A stretch of DNA of 63,972 nt, filler included, from Thermoplasmatota archaeon (GTDB lineage: Archaea; Thermoplasmatota; E2; JACPAO01; JAHFTW01), in assembly GCA_041623215.1 (NCBI GenBank). It is 8 parts of 8 records of this genome, joined end to end, with 100 filler letters (N's around TTAATTAATTAA, not from the genome) between each part and the next. Parts side by side here need not be neighbours in the genome. Positions count along the whole stretch, not along the records: positions 33,407 to 41,267 come from JBFJXH010000075.1; positions 41,368 to 49,057 come from JBFJXH010000076.1; 6 more parts are not named here. One strand, written 5' to 3'. Positions 37,961 to 46,970 of the stretch are shown piece after piece. The notes beneath the pieces are model-generated. The model made no database searches and was not told where the DNA came from. It was given only the letters and a program-made list of their open reading frames with translations. The position numbers and the translations under genes are program-made. The number at the start of each line of letters is the position of its first letter. Within the stretch, counting starts at the first letter, position 1.

Positions 37961-38803
37961 TTACGCCCCCCAATCTAGGCCCACGTCCATGGCGCGGGCA
38001 CCGTTCGTGAGTACGCCGAGGCTAATGCGGTCGGCCCAACCATAGTCCGTGATAGATTCGGGTTGAATTCCTCCGCTGGCTTCGATGCGGATATCAGGGT
38101 GATGAGACCAAACGGCTTGCGCCCACGACCGTCCGGTTTCGGCGTCTTGATTGTCAATGAGAAGCCAGTCGGCCCCAAGCTTGGCAGCAGCCAGGGCGTC
38201 TTGCAGCGATTCAACTTCCACCGTGAGTTCCAAGTCTTGGTGAGCCGCGCGCACAGCTTCCACGGCCGCCTCGATGCCGCCCGCCGCCGCAATGTGGTTG
38301 TCCTTCACCATCGCTGCGTCCCAAAGACCGGCGCGATGGGGGTCGCCGCCGGCCAGGCGCACAGCTTCCTTTTCGAAGGAACGGAACCCGGGCGTTGTCT
38401 TCCGGGTCGCTGCCACGCGAGCCTGGCTTCCCGCACCGGTCAATTGTTCCTGCAATACTCGAGTCATGGTTGCCACCCCACTCATTCGGGCGACCATGTT
38501 GAGTGCCAAACGTTCGGCGACCAAGATGCCGCGAACAGGGCCATCGAGGCGCAAAAGCTCCGCTCCCGGCTGCACCCAGGACCCGTCATAGGTCTCACTG
38601 GATACTTCCACGCCTTGGCGCTCGAACACCTCCACGGCGTGCCGGAGCCCTGCCGTGAACAGCTCCTCCCTAGCAACCATGCGAGCGTGGCCCGGCTCGT
38701 CCGCAGCGAAAATGGCGCTTGACGTCACATCGCCGTGTGGCCCAAGGTCCTCTTGCAGGAATCGCTCCAGTGCGTCGCCGTCATCGGTCGGGGGTGCAGC
38801 CAC
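37961..38803 (-). CDS. nadC: Quinolinate phosphoribosyltransferase
   Basis: EDLG..GDVTS, AER.ALN...RMSGVAT, ATRKTTPG, HR.GL.D..MVKDNH, EASGGI; GTG start inferred. Confidence 0.95.
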   Translation of the reverse strand: MAAPPTDDGDALERFLQEDLGPHGDVTSSAIFAADEPGHARMVAREELFTAGLRHAVEVFERQGVEVSSETYDGSWVQPGAELLRLDGPVRGILVAERLALNMVARMSGVATMTRVLQEQLTGAGSQARVAATRKTTPGFRSFEKEAVRLAGGDPHRAGLWDAAMVKDNHIAAAGGIEAAVEAVRAAHQDLELTVEVESLQDALAAAKLGADWLLIDNQDAETGRSWAQAVWSHHPDIRIEASGGIQPESITDYGWADRISLGVLTNGARAMDVGLDWGA

Positions 38804-38879
38804 AGGCCCTCCACGACGGACCGGTTGTTGAAACCGTCGCGCCGGAACCTCCTTGATGAAGGCAGAATCTGACCGGTGC

Positions 38880-39818
38880 ATGTCGTCTCGGCTCGGCGCC
38901 GCCGCCCTGGTTATGATTGGGCTGATGATTACTGGCCTGGCGCAGGCAAGCGGAGCCATCCAGATTGACGCGGTGACCCTGCCCATCGAGCCCATGGTGC
39001 CCGATGTCCCCGAGCCATTCGCCGTCGGCGTTCTACTGGATTGCCGAGACGTTCTGGAGCGAGCCGCTTTGGCAGGACCGGGAGGTCCCGGCATGACGAC
39101 TGTAGCCCTGCGAGCTGACAGCTCAGAGTTCGTTCCTGTCGTGTTGGATGCGGCCGAAAAGCAGGTTGGTGCCGACGCCTGCCCAGACCCGCAACGCACC
39201 GTAACCGTCCCCTTTGGCGGCACCGTCGCCGTCAGCCGCGATGCCCCCGCAATGGTTGCCCTGCCCATCAACTTGACCGTAAGCGTGTCCCCCGACGTGC
39301 CAGGTCGAAGTGGGCCCCCGCCGGCAGCTGCGACCGTGGTTGTTCGGGCGGCCTACGTTGCTCTTCTTCAGGTGGCAACGGACAGCACGGTCGCGACAAC
39401 CTCGGACCAAAAAGCCACCGTGCCAGTAACGCTCACCAACTTCGGCAATGGCCCAACCAGGGTCCAGTTCCTACTGGCTAATGCCGCCACGTTGCCGGCG
39501 GGTGTTCAGGTCGTACTGCCCTCCTCGACCGATTTGACCGATGCCGGCACCAACGGCTCCAGCCAGACGGTCCTCCTCCACGTCCACGTCGGTCCGCTGG
39601 CCGGCCGAGGTGAGTTTCCCGTCCAACTGGAAATAACGCCCGCCCTCACGGATGATCCGTCGTTGCGCGGCGACCCTGTCACGCTCACGGTCTTGATTCG
39701 CCACGACGAGGGACTCCCACTAGGAAATGCACTCGCTTCCGCCTCCCTGCCGGGCCTGCTTGCCCTGCTTGGGGTTGGCTTGACCGCAGCCGTGGCCAAG
39801 GTCCGCCACCGGGCTTAA
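38880..39818 (+). CDS. Secreted Ig-like surface protein with LPG-TM-basic tail
   Basis: Signal peptide; VTLTNFGNG; tail SLPGLLALLGVGLTAAVAKVRHRA. Confidence 0.75.
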   Translation: MSSRLGAAALVMIGLMITGLAQASGAIQIDAVTLPIEPMVPDVPEPFAVGVLLDCRDVLERAALAGPGGPGMTTVALRADSSEFVPVVLDAAEKQVGADACPDPQRTVTVPFGGTVAVSRDAPAMVALPINLTVSVSPDVPGRSGPPPAAATVVVRAAYVALLQVATDSTVATTSDQKATVPVTLTNFGNGPTRVQFLLANAATLPAGVQVVLPSSTDLTDAGTNGSSQTVLLHVHVGPLAGRGEFPVQLEITPALTDDPSLRGDPVTLTVLIRHDEGLPLGNALASASLPGLLALLGVGLTAAVAKVRHRA

Positions 39819-39842
39819 ACCGCTGCCCGCCTCGGCGCATCC

Positions 39843-40616
39843 ATGGGCCTACGGGTCGGCATCATCGGCTGCGGCGCAATTGGCTCGGAGATTGTGCGTG
39901 CAGCCTCGGTGATGGAAGGCATCAAGGAAATCGTCATCCACGACATCGATGAAGATGCCCTTACACTACTGGACGGAACGCCCCGGACCACGGTCGCCCG
40001 CGACGGCGAAGCTGTTGTGGCCGCATCCGACCTAATCATCGAGTGTGCCACCAAGGCAGTTGTCAAGACGCACATCCGCGACGCGCTCACAGCGGGCAAG
40101 TCCGTGATGCTGCTCACCATTGGGGCCCTAGCAGACGACGACTTGCGTCAGGAGTTGACGGATCTGGCGCGCACGAACGGCGGCAAAATTTACCTCCCGA
40201 GCGGCGCGGTCATGGGCCTAGATGGCGTCCGGGCTGCGGCCGAGGCGGGCCTCAAGTCGGTAACCTTGGTCACCACCAAACCGCCGGCGGGGCTTGACCA
40301 ATCGGTGGACAAATGGACACTGCTGTTCAATGGCCCCGCGCGCGACGCAGTCAAAGCATACCCAAAGAACGTCAACGTCGCCGCCAGCATCAGCCTGGCC
40401 GGCCTTGGATTTGACAAGACCTGGGTGCAAGTGGCGGCCGACCCGCTGGCCACCCTCAACAGTCACAAGGTCATCTTGGAAGGCGACTTTGGGCGCGCCC
40501 GCATTGAAGTTGAAAACTTGCCCAGCCCAAGCAATCCCCGGACCAGCCACCTGGCAAGCAAGTCCGCCATCGCCCTCCTACGGCGCATTGTGAGCCCCAT
40601 TGAAGTGGGCGCTTAG
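39843..40616 (+). CDS. nadX: L-aspartate dehydrogenase
   Basis: GIIGCGAIG, ECA, PSGAV.GLD, TKPP, P.NVNVAA, N.PS.SNPRTS; near nadC. Confidence 0.93.
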   Translation: MGLRVGIIGCGAIGSEIVRAASVMEGIKEIVIHDIDEDALTLLDGTPRTTVARDGEAVVAASDLIIECATKAVVKTHIRDALTAGKSVMLLTIGALADDDLRQELTDLARTNGGKIYLPSGAVMGLDGVRAAAEAGLKSVTLVTTKPPAGLDQSVDKWTLLFNGPARDAVKAYPKNVNVAASISLAGLGFDKTWVQVAADPLATLNSHKVILEGDFGRARIEVENLPSPSNPRTSHLASKSAIALLRRIVSPIEVGA

Positions 40617-40700
40617 CTGCGACGACGCTTGAGCACGCCCGCCCATTTGTTGGCGCCTTTCAACATAAACGCCAAGTAATCCCGGCCTCGTCGCCGACTT

Positions 40701-41267
40701 ATGCGTGTCTTCCTGGCCCTCGTGGCCACCGCCCTCGTGCTGGTCGCCGTACCCGTGACCAGCGCCCAAGATGTACCTGCCACCGGCATCGTTGTGACGC
40801 CGGAAGCGCCCCTGGCGCCCATTGCCCCCGGTTCGGCAGGCTCTCAGGCTTTCACCGCCGAAGTGGGCTGCTTCGAGATGGTGCTCGGCGGCGGCAGCAC
40901 CACCCTCAACATCTCCGTCGTGGGGCCCTCTTGGGCAGGTGCATCCGCCCAATCGATTGAACTGTCGCCTGCAGACTGCCCCACCGCCTCCGGTGTCCTC
41001 AATGTCACCGGTAGCATCGACTACGCCATCTCCGCCAGCGCCCCTGGCATGGCGCCCGAATCCGTTGAAGTGACGGCCAGCATTGGCGACTCGCTTGGCA
41101 CCGCAACGACCAGCGTCACCGCTGGGTACCGCGGCACCTACACCCTGGGCACCGACACTGAATTCCCTGTCCAAGTGACCGAAGACACGGTGACCTTCAA
41201 CATCCTGCTCACGGTTGACGCCAACGCCGATACCATGGTCATGTTTGCCACGGACGACGAGGTGCAA
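40701..41267 (+). CDS. Secreted hypothetical protein, 3'-truncated
   Basis: Signal peptide MRVFLALVATALVLVAVPVTSA. Confidence 0.75.
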
Positions 41268-41367
41268 NNNNNNNNNNNNNNNNNNNNNNNNNNNNNNNNN
41301 NNNNNNNNNNNTTAATTAATTAANNNNNNNNNNNNNNNNNNNNNNNNNNNNNNNNNNNNNNNNNNNN
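41268..41367. other. Artificial contig linker
   Basis: N44-TTAATTAATTAA-N44. Confidence 0.99.
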
Positions 41368-41931
41368 ATTAGCGATGTCAAAGCCCAGGCCTGACGCCTT
41401 GCTTGTGAGCGTGCCCCACAGCGCCTTCTGTTTCGCGCCCCAGCCAAGTTGATAGTGCTGGTCGCCGCGGCGAATAACGGGAATGCCCCGCCGCCGGGCT
41501 TCGTCGAGCAGGAGGTTCAGGCTCGGCTCCGGCGCATGCGCCTTGACGGCCTCGTGGACACGCCTGATGGCCGCATCAACGTCGGGGGCCTCACCTGCAA
41601 CCACTTGGCGGATGAGGTCGCGAGCCGCAATACCAGCAGCTTCGCCGGCGTGTTCATGCTGGAAATCATGGACGCAGAACCAGTCGCCGTCCCCATCGAG
41701 CCAGCAGTCGAAGAAATTGGCCTCCAATCCAGCGGCCCGTTGCAATTCCACGCATGTCGCCGCGAGAACTTGGCCAAGATTGTCCGCGCGAACGCCCTTC
41801 AAGCCGGCGGCTTGCAAGCGCCTTGCAATCTCGGCGCCGTCTGCGTCAATGGCCTCGGCAATGACGACCCAGACGGGGGCATCATGGTACAGGTTGGGCC
41901 CTCGAATTGGACGGTGGCCGTACAGTTTCAA
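41368..41931 (-). CDS. Second cyanophycin-synthetase-like protein, 3'-truncated
   Basis: HRPIRGPNLY, VELQRAAG, EARRRGIP, YQLGWG.KQK parallel the CphA N and G domains; TTGA overlap with the cphA stop. Confidence 0.8.
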
Positions 41932-44588
41932 GCCAGCACCTCCTTCCGCCCCGCCTCGGCGTCCCGCTCGGCGTCAACCTCCGCTTGCAACTCGCGAACG
42001 CGGGCGACGAATCCTTTGTGGTCTTCGCCTTGGAAAATGAGCAAGTCGCCAGGCTGCGCGGCCTCGAACATAGCGTTGATGCAATCCCACTCATCGACGT
42101 GGCAGGTCACTCGGTCGGCCGGGAGTACCGTAAGCGCTCCTTGCGCGATGACCTGGCTCGTGGCCCCCTCCTCGCGCCCCCGCGGATCCGGGTCGCTAAT
42201 CCACAGGTAATCCGCCATCTTTGCCATGGCTACGCCTACCTGCTGGAGGTCGCCGTCCAAGCGGTTGCCCGCGAGGTAGCCCACGCGCAGAATGCGACCG
42301 TCAGGCCGCGGCTTGAGATGCGGTAGCACTTGGTCCAGTGCCTCAAGCGCCGGTACATTGTGGGCGAAGTCCAACAGGACCCTGGTTTCGCCCATATCGA
42401 AGACATTGAGGCGCCCGGGATTTTGCGTGAAGGACGAGTCGAAGGTTTGCAAGGCCGTGCGGGCGGCCTCTTCCGGAATGCCGATGGCGTAAGCCGCTGC
42501 TACGGCGGCCAGGCAATTGGCGACGTTGAATTGTGCGTTACCCGCCATCGTGATGGGAACGTCGCGCACTTCAGCTACCCGAAAGGCAGCGCGTCCGCGC
42601 TTGAGCACGATTGCTCCATCCTCTTGGGTCACGACAACGTTCTCTGAATCGGCGGCCAAGTGCTTGGCAAGAAACGGGTGTGCGGAGTCAAGGCTGAAGG
42701 GGATGATGCGCTTGTCCCGGAAGCCCTTGTTATGCCTGAGGCCTAGAACCAACTCATCATCCGCATTGAGGACGGCCGTGGCAGCAGCATCCGGGACTGT
42801 GCCCTTGAGCCGCGTCAAGTCTTCCAAGTCATGGATGTCGCCCTCACCGATGTGGTCCCGGCCGACGTTCAACAGAACGCCCACATCGAGGCGGTCCACC
42901 CCAAGTCCCCTACGAAGGATGCCGCCCCGGGCTACCTCGATGGCCGCAGCGGTGACTCGAGGGTCGCGAAGGACCATCTGGGCCGCCACCGGACCCGAGT
43001 AGTCGCCTCGGTCCACCACTTGGTTTTCGATTTCCACGAAACCCGTGCAGGCTAGGCCGACGCGGTGACCAGCCATCTTCATCATGTGAGAAATGAGGCG
43101 CACCGTGGTCGTTTTGCCATTGGTCCCAGTCACCGCCACCGTGGGAACTCGACCATCTGTTTCCTCACCCGCCCAGAGCATATCCACAATGTCTGCGGCT
43201 ACGTTTCGGGGCTGGCCATGCGTCGGTTCCAGATGCATCCGAAGACCAGGGCCGGCGTTCACTTCGACGATGCCCCCGCCCGTTTCTGTAAGAGGAGCAC
43301 GAAGGTGGGGAGCCACGACATCGATGCCCATAATGTCCAATCCAACCATGCCGGCAACGCGGCGAGCCATGGCAACGATGGATGGGTGAACATCATCCGT
43401 CACGTCCGTGGCGGTGCCTCCGGTGGAAAGATTGGCCGTTGACTTCAATACCACTTCTTGGCCGTTATTTGGCACAGAGTCAAGTGTCAATCCTTGCACC
43501 GCCAACATGCGTTTGGTGTTGCCGTCGATGTGAATCATCGTCAGCACCTTCTCGTGCCCGAAGCCCCGACGCGGGTCCGCGTTGGTGGCATCGATGAGCT
43601 GCTGAATGGATTGCTTCCCGTCGCCCACGACGTGGGCCGGGTCTCGCCTCGCCGCCGACACCAGTCGTCCGCCAACTACTAGCAGGCGATGGTCGCGGCC
43701 CACCAGGAATCGCTCTACGATGACGGTGTCATGGTGCTCGTGAGCTGCATCATAGGCCGTTCGAACTTCGTCAGCACTGTGGATGTCAGTCGTGATGCCG
43801 CGTCCATGGTTGGCATCCAAAGGCTTCACGACGACGGGAAACCCAAGTTTTTCCGCAACACGCACAGCTTCATCGGCATCTGCTACCGGACGCCCCTTGG
43901 GAACCGCAATGCCGGCCTCGTCAAGGAGTCGCTTCGTCCATGACTTATCGGCGGCAATCGCGACGCCCAAAGCCGTTGTTTGATTGGTCATGCTGGCCTG
44001 GATGGCCCGCTGCTTGTGGCCTTGACCAAACATGATGTGCGATTGAGAATTCATTCGCATCCATGGAATGCCACGCGATTCCGCTTCCCGCACAATACTG
44101 CCCGTGCTGGGGCCAAGCAGGCCACGCTCGCGTAGTTCCCTCAACTCCTGCACCAGAGCTTCAATGTCCGTGGTGTTGCCATCGATGAGGTCCTGCAACA
44201 ATCGCACCGCCATCTCGCCAGCCCGCAATCCGCAGTGCTCGTCGAGGTGCTTGTACACTACCGAGTAAATGCCGCGCTCGGTTGTCTCGCGCGTCTTGCC
44301 AAAACCTACGTCCATCCCGGCCAGATTTTGCAATTCGAGGGCGATATGCTCAACGATATGGCCGGCCCACGTGCCCCTGTCCAGCCGTTGGAAAAAACCG
44401 CCTGGGACGCCAGGCGAACAGCGGTGCGCGTGGAGACTGGGGAGGGCCTCCTTGATGCGTTGGGGAAGACCCGGAATCTCGTCACTGGGGGAGTCTTCCA
44501 GGGCGCCGATGTCCAGCTTCATGTAGGTCACCGGAAACCGGGCGTAGAAGTTGGGGCCGCGTAGCGCGCGGTGTTCCAAGATGTCCAT
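41928..44588 (-). CDS. cphA: Cyanophycin synthetase (CphA1 architecture: N, ATP-grasp and Mur-like domains)
   Basis: LRGPN, Cx19HxxEH, LGPST, KPLDANHGRG, ANLSTGG, EVNAGPGLRMH, GTNGKTTT, EVARGG, DFAHN; 886 aa. Confidence 0.95.
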   Translation of the reverse strand: MDILEHRALRGPNFYARFPVTYMKLDIGALEDSPSDEIPGLPQRIKEALPSLHAHRCSPGVPGGFFQRLDRGTWAGHIVEHIALELQNLAGMDVGFGKTRETTERGIYSVVYKHLDEHCGLRAGEMAVRLLQDLIDGNTTDIEALVQELRELRERGLLGPSTGSIVREAESRGIPWMRMNSQSHIMFGQGHKQRAIQASMTNQTTALGVAIAADKSWTKRLLDEAGIAVPKGRPVADADEAVRVAEKLGFPVVVKPLDANHGRGITTDIHSADEVRTAYDAAHEHHDTVIVERFLVGRDHRLLVVGGRLVSAARRDPAHVVGDGKQSIQQLIDATNADPRRGFGHEKVLTMIHIDGNTKRMLAVQGLTLDSVPNNGQEVVLKSTANLSTGGTATDVTDDVHPSIVAMARRVAGMVGLDIMGIDVVAPHLRAPLTETGGGIVEVNAGPGLRMHLEPTHGQPRNVAADIVDMLWAGEETDGRVPTVAVTGTNGKTTTVRLISHMMKMAGHRVGLACTGFVEIENQVVDRGDYSGPVAAQMVLRDPRVTAAAIEVARGGILRRGLGVDRLDVGVLLNVGRDHIGEGDIHDLEDLTRLKGTVPDAAATAVLNADDELVLGLRHNKGFRDKRIIPFSLDSAHPFLAKHLAADSENVVVTQEDGAIVLKRGRAAFRVAEVRDVPITMAGNAQFNVANCLAAVAAAYAIGIPEEAARTALQTFDSSFTQNPGRLNVFDMGETRVLLDFAHNVPALEALDQVLPHLKPRPDGRILRVGYLAGNRLDGDLQQVGVAMAKMADYLWISDPDPRGREEGATSQVIAQGALTVLPADRVTCHVDEWDCINAMFEAAQPGDLLIFQGEDHKGFVARVRELQAEVDAERDAEAGRKEVLA

Positions 44589-44711
44589 CGGCTCTCTGGG
44601 AGTCTACCGTTTGGTCAAGAAGGCTGCGGGGACTGCGTTAGCGTCCGCCGGGTGTTTTGAAGCGCATGCTAAGCCGCTCGAAACGCCGGTGCCTGCCTGT
44701 GGTCGCGGCGA

Positions 44712-46886
44712 CTATACGCCAAACTTACCCGCTAACCGGCTCCCTTCAGGCCAGCCAGCCGAGTCCGCCTCAACTTCCTCGCCGGGCCGAATGGCGTCGG
44801 TGGGGCAAGCATCGAAGCAGGCGCCATCGGCGATGCAGAGGTCGCGATCTACGCGGGCAATGTCGGTGACAATGGCGGCGTCCGTGGGGCAGGCGGCCTC
44901 ACAGCCGTTGCACACGATACAGTCGGCCGCGAACACCCATGCCTTGTCGGCTTCCGGCGTGTTCTTGGCCATCTCCAGCACCTGCTCCTTGGTCATCTTG
45001 CCGTCGTCGCCGCCGTCGCCGCCCGTGGCAACATCGACCGCCTCTTCCACCACTTCAACAGCCTTGACGTCGAGCTCTACGCCGGCGGCGGTGACTTCCC
45101 TGCGCAAGGCATCGAGGACGGGTTGAATCTTATCAAAGTCAGGAGCGACCGTCGCTTCCTCGAGGGCAGGGTCGGCTACGTCGAGTGCCGGCTTCAGGGT
45201 GGCCGGGTCCGTAATCTTCGATTGACAGAACGCCTTGGCTAGGACCATCTTGCCGCGCACCGTGTGCGTCATCGGCAGATTGCCGGGATTGGGAAGCGCC
45301 TGCAAGCTCGGCAAGTCGCAGCCCCAGACCTGGTCCGTGAACAACGCCAATTCGCCGCCACGCGACAAGTCGCCCGCCACATCGGCTGCTTTGACGCCGA
45401 CGGTCTTGTGGCGCTGGTAGGGCATCATTCCCCCCGCCATTTGGAGCATGGGATTGCCAGCCCACAATTGGAAACCCAAACTGGGCGCGGGGACCGGTTG
45501 CTGGACGGCCGCTTTGTGGATGAATTCGGGCACGGGCGCGGGCATGGGGAAGACGGCGCCGGGATTCATGAGGTTGCGGCGGTCCATTTGCCGCTTGGCA
45601 TCCTTCATGCGAGCATACCGGGCCTTGCCGAAGATGCTCTTCGATTCCCATTGCAGCCATACACCCGATTGGTAGGCCGTGCCGCCGAGTTTCTTTGCCA
45701 ACGCCAGAATCCAGGCGCTGGTCCCCCAGCCAAGCGGGTAATTGGGGCGCCGCTCGTCGTCGAGGCCGTAAATGAAGAAGTAAACGCGGCCATCGTCCGT
45801 GACATGGCCTTCAACCGCCAAGTCTGCGACGGCGACCTTCGCCCGCAGCCGCTTGAGGTAGGGCGCGAGCTTGGCCAAGGGGACAAAGACCTCGCCGGCG
45901 ACGAGACTGGGGCCCAGTGGCTTCGCCCGAATCGGGTAGAAGCGCTCGGCCCACTCGTCAGCGGCAAGCTTGTCGGCGGCAACCGAGCCACCGTTGCGAG
46001 CAGCTAGTCGCTCGACTTCGTCATCGCTAGGGGCGTTGGCATCGCTGAAACACAGCAGCACCGCGTCGCTGGTGCCAAGCGGGTTCTTCTTGACACCGAG
46101 CGCTTCTGAGCGGAGTCCAAAGAAATCGTTGTTTCGCAGCATCGCGTGCTTGGGTTGCCAACGGCTCGTTGCCTCTTCCAAGACCGCCTGCGCGGCCTTG
46201 ACGCCCGGCACCTGGATGAGTACGGGCTTGTCGGCGGTCGCTTCTACGACCCGAAGTTTGATGCTTGTAATCACGCCGGTGGCACCGGCGGCACCGACCA
46301 GGAGTTCTTTTTCGGGTGCGGAACGGCTACGGAATCGACGCCCGTCGGCCCCGATGCCTTCGCATTCCAACACCCATTTGCCAATGTTGCCCGCCCGGGT
46401 AGCGTGGATGCCATGCCCGTCGGTGGCGACGAAGCCCCCGACCGTGGCGGCCAAACCGCTCGTGGGATAGCAGGGGAGTTCGAGTCCCACCTCGAGTAGC
46501 TTCTGTTGTAGGTCCCACACGACGACGCCGGCATCGACGTTGACGGAGAGGTCTTCCTCGTCGATGTCGATTTGCTTCTTGAGGCCCGTGAGGTCCAACA
46601 CAACGCCAGCGCGCTTGGGCACGGCTCCACCCAGGGCAGAGGTGGCGGCGGCCCGAGGGGTCATAGGGATGCGGCGCTTGCGGCAGAAATTGACCACCAT
46701 TTCCACGTCGTCAATGTCGCTGCAACGGACCACTGCATCCGCCTTCCGGTTGACCAGGAGGTCGACAATCATGGGCGGCGAGCCAATGTCGCTCGAATAC
46801 ACGATGAGGTCCGCTTCGGACGTCAGGACGTTTTCGGCGCCCATGCGCGCCTTGAGTTGCCGGATGACGGAGGGCTGGAGGGCCAC
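44712..46886 (-). CDS. FAD-binding oxidoreductase (GlcD/Dld-like) fused to a C-terminal 2x[4Fe-4S] ferredoxin
   Basis: PRAAATSALGG, ATVGGFVA..G.G, GATGVIT, D..NLMNPG; CIVCNGCEAACP and CIADGACFDACP. Confidence 0.85.
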   Translation of the reverse strand: MALQPSVIRQLKARMGAENVLTSEADLIVYSSDIGSPPMIVDLLVNRKADAVVRCSDIDDVEMVVNFCRKRRIPMTPRAAATSALGGAVPKRAGVVLDLTGLKKQIDIDEEDLSVNVDAGVVVWDLQQKLLEVGLELPCYPTSGLAATVGGFVATDGHGIHATRAGNIGKWVLECEGIGADGRRFRSRSAPEKELLVGAAGATGVITSIKLRVVEATADKPVLIQVPGVKAAQAVLEEATSRWQPKHAMLRNNDFFGLRSEALGVKKNPLGTSDAVLLCFSDANAPSDDEVERLAARNGGSVAADKLAADEWAERFYPIRAKPLGPSLVAGEVFVPLAKLAPYLKRLRAKVAVADLAVEGHVTDDGRVYFFIYGLDDERRPNYPLGWGTSAWILALAKKLGGTAYQSGVWLQWESKSIFGKARYARMKDAKRQMDRRNLMNPGAVFPMPAPVPEFIHKAAVQQPVPAPSLGFQLWAGNPMLQMAGGMMPYQRHKTVGVKAADVAGDLSRGGELALFTDQVWGCDLPSLQALPNPGNLPMTHTVRGKMVLAKAFCQSKITDPATLKPALDVADPALEEATVAPDFDKIQPVLDALRREVTAAGVELDVKAVEVVEEAVDVATGGDGGDDGKMTKEQVLEMAKNTPEADKAWVFAADCIVCNGCEAACPTDAAIVTDIARVDRDLCIADGACFDACPTDAIRPGEEVEADSAGWPEGSRLAGKFGV

Positions 46887-46970
46887 GGCCGCGCGACTCC
46901 TGGATGGTTCTTAAGGGATAGGGGGGCCAGTTCGACCGAGCGCGAGGCCACCCCCGTCGGCGGCGTGCCC

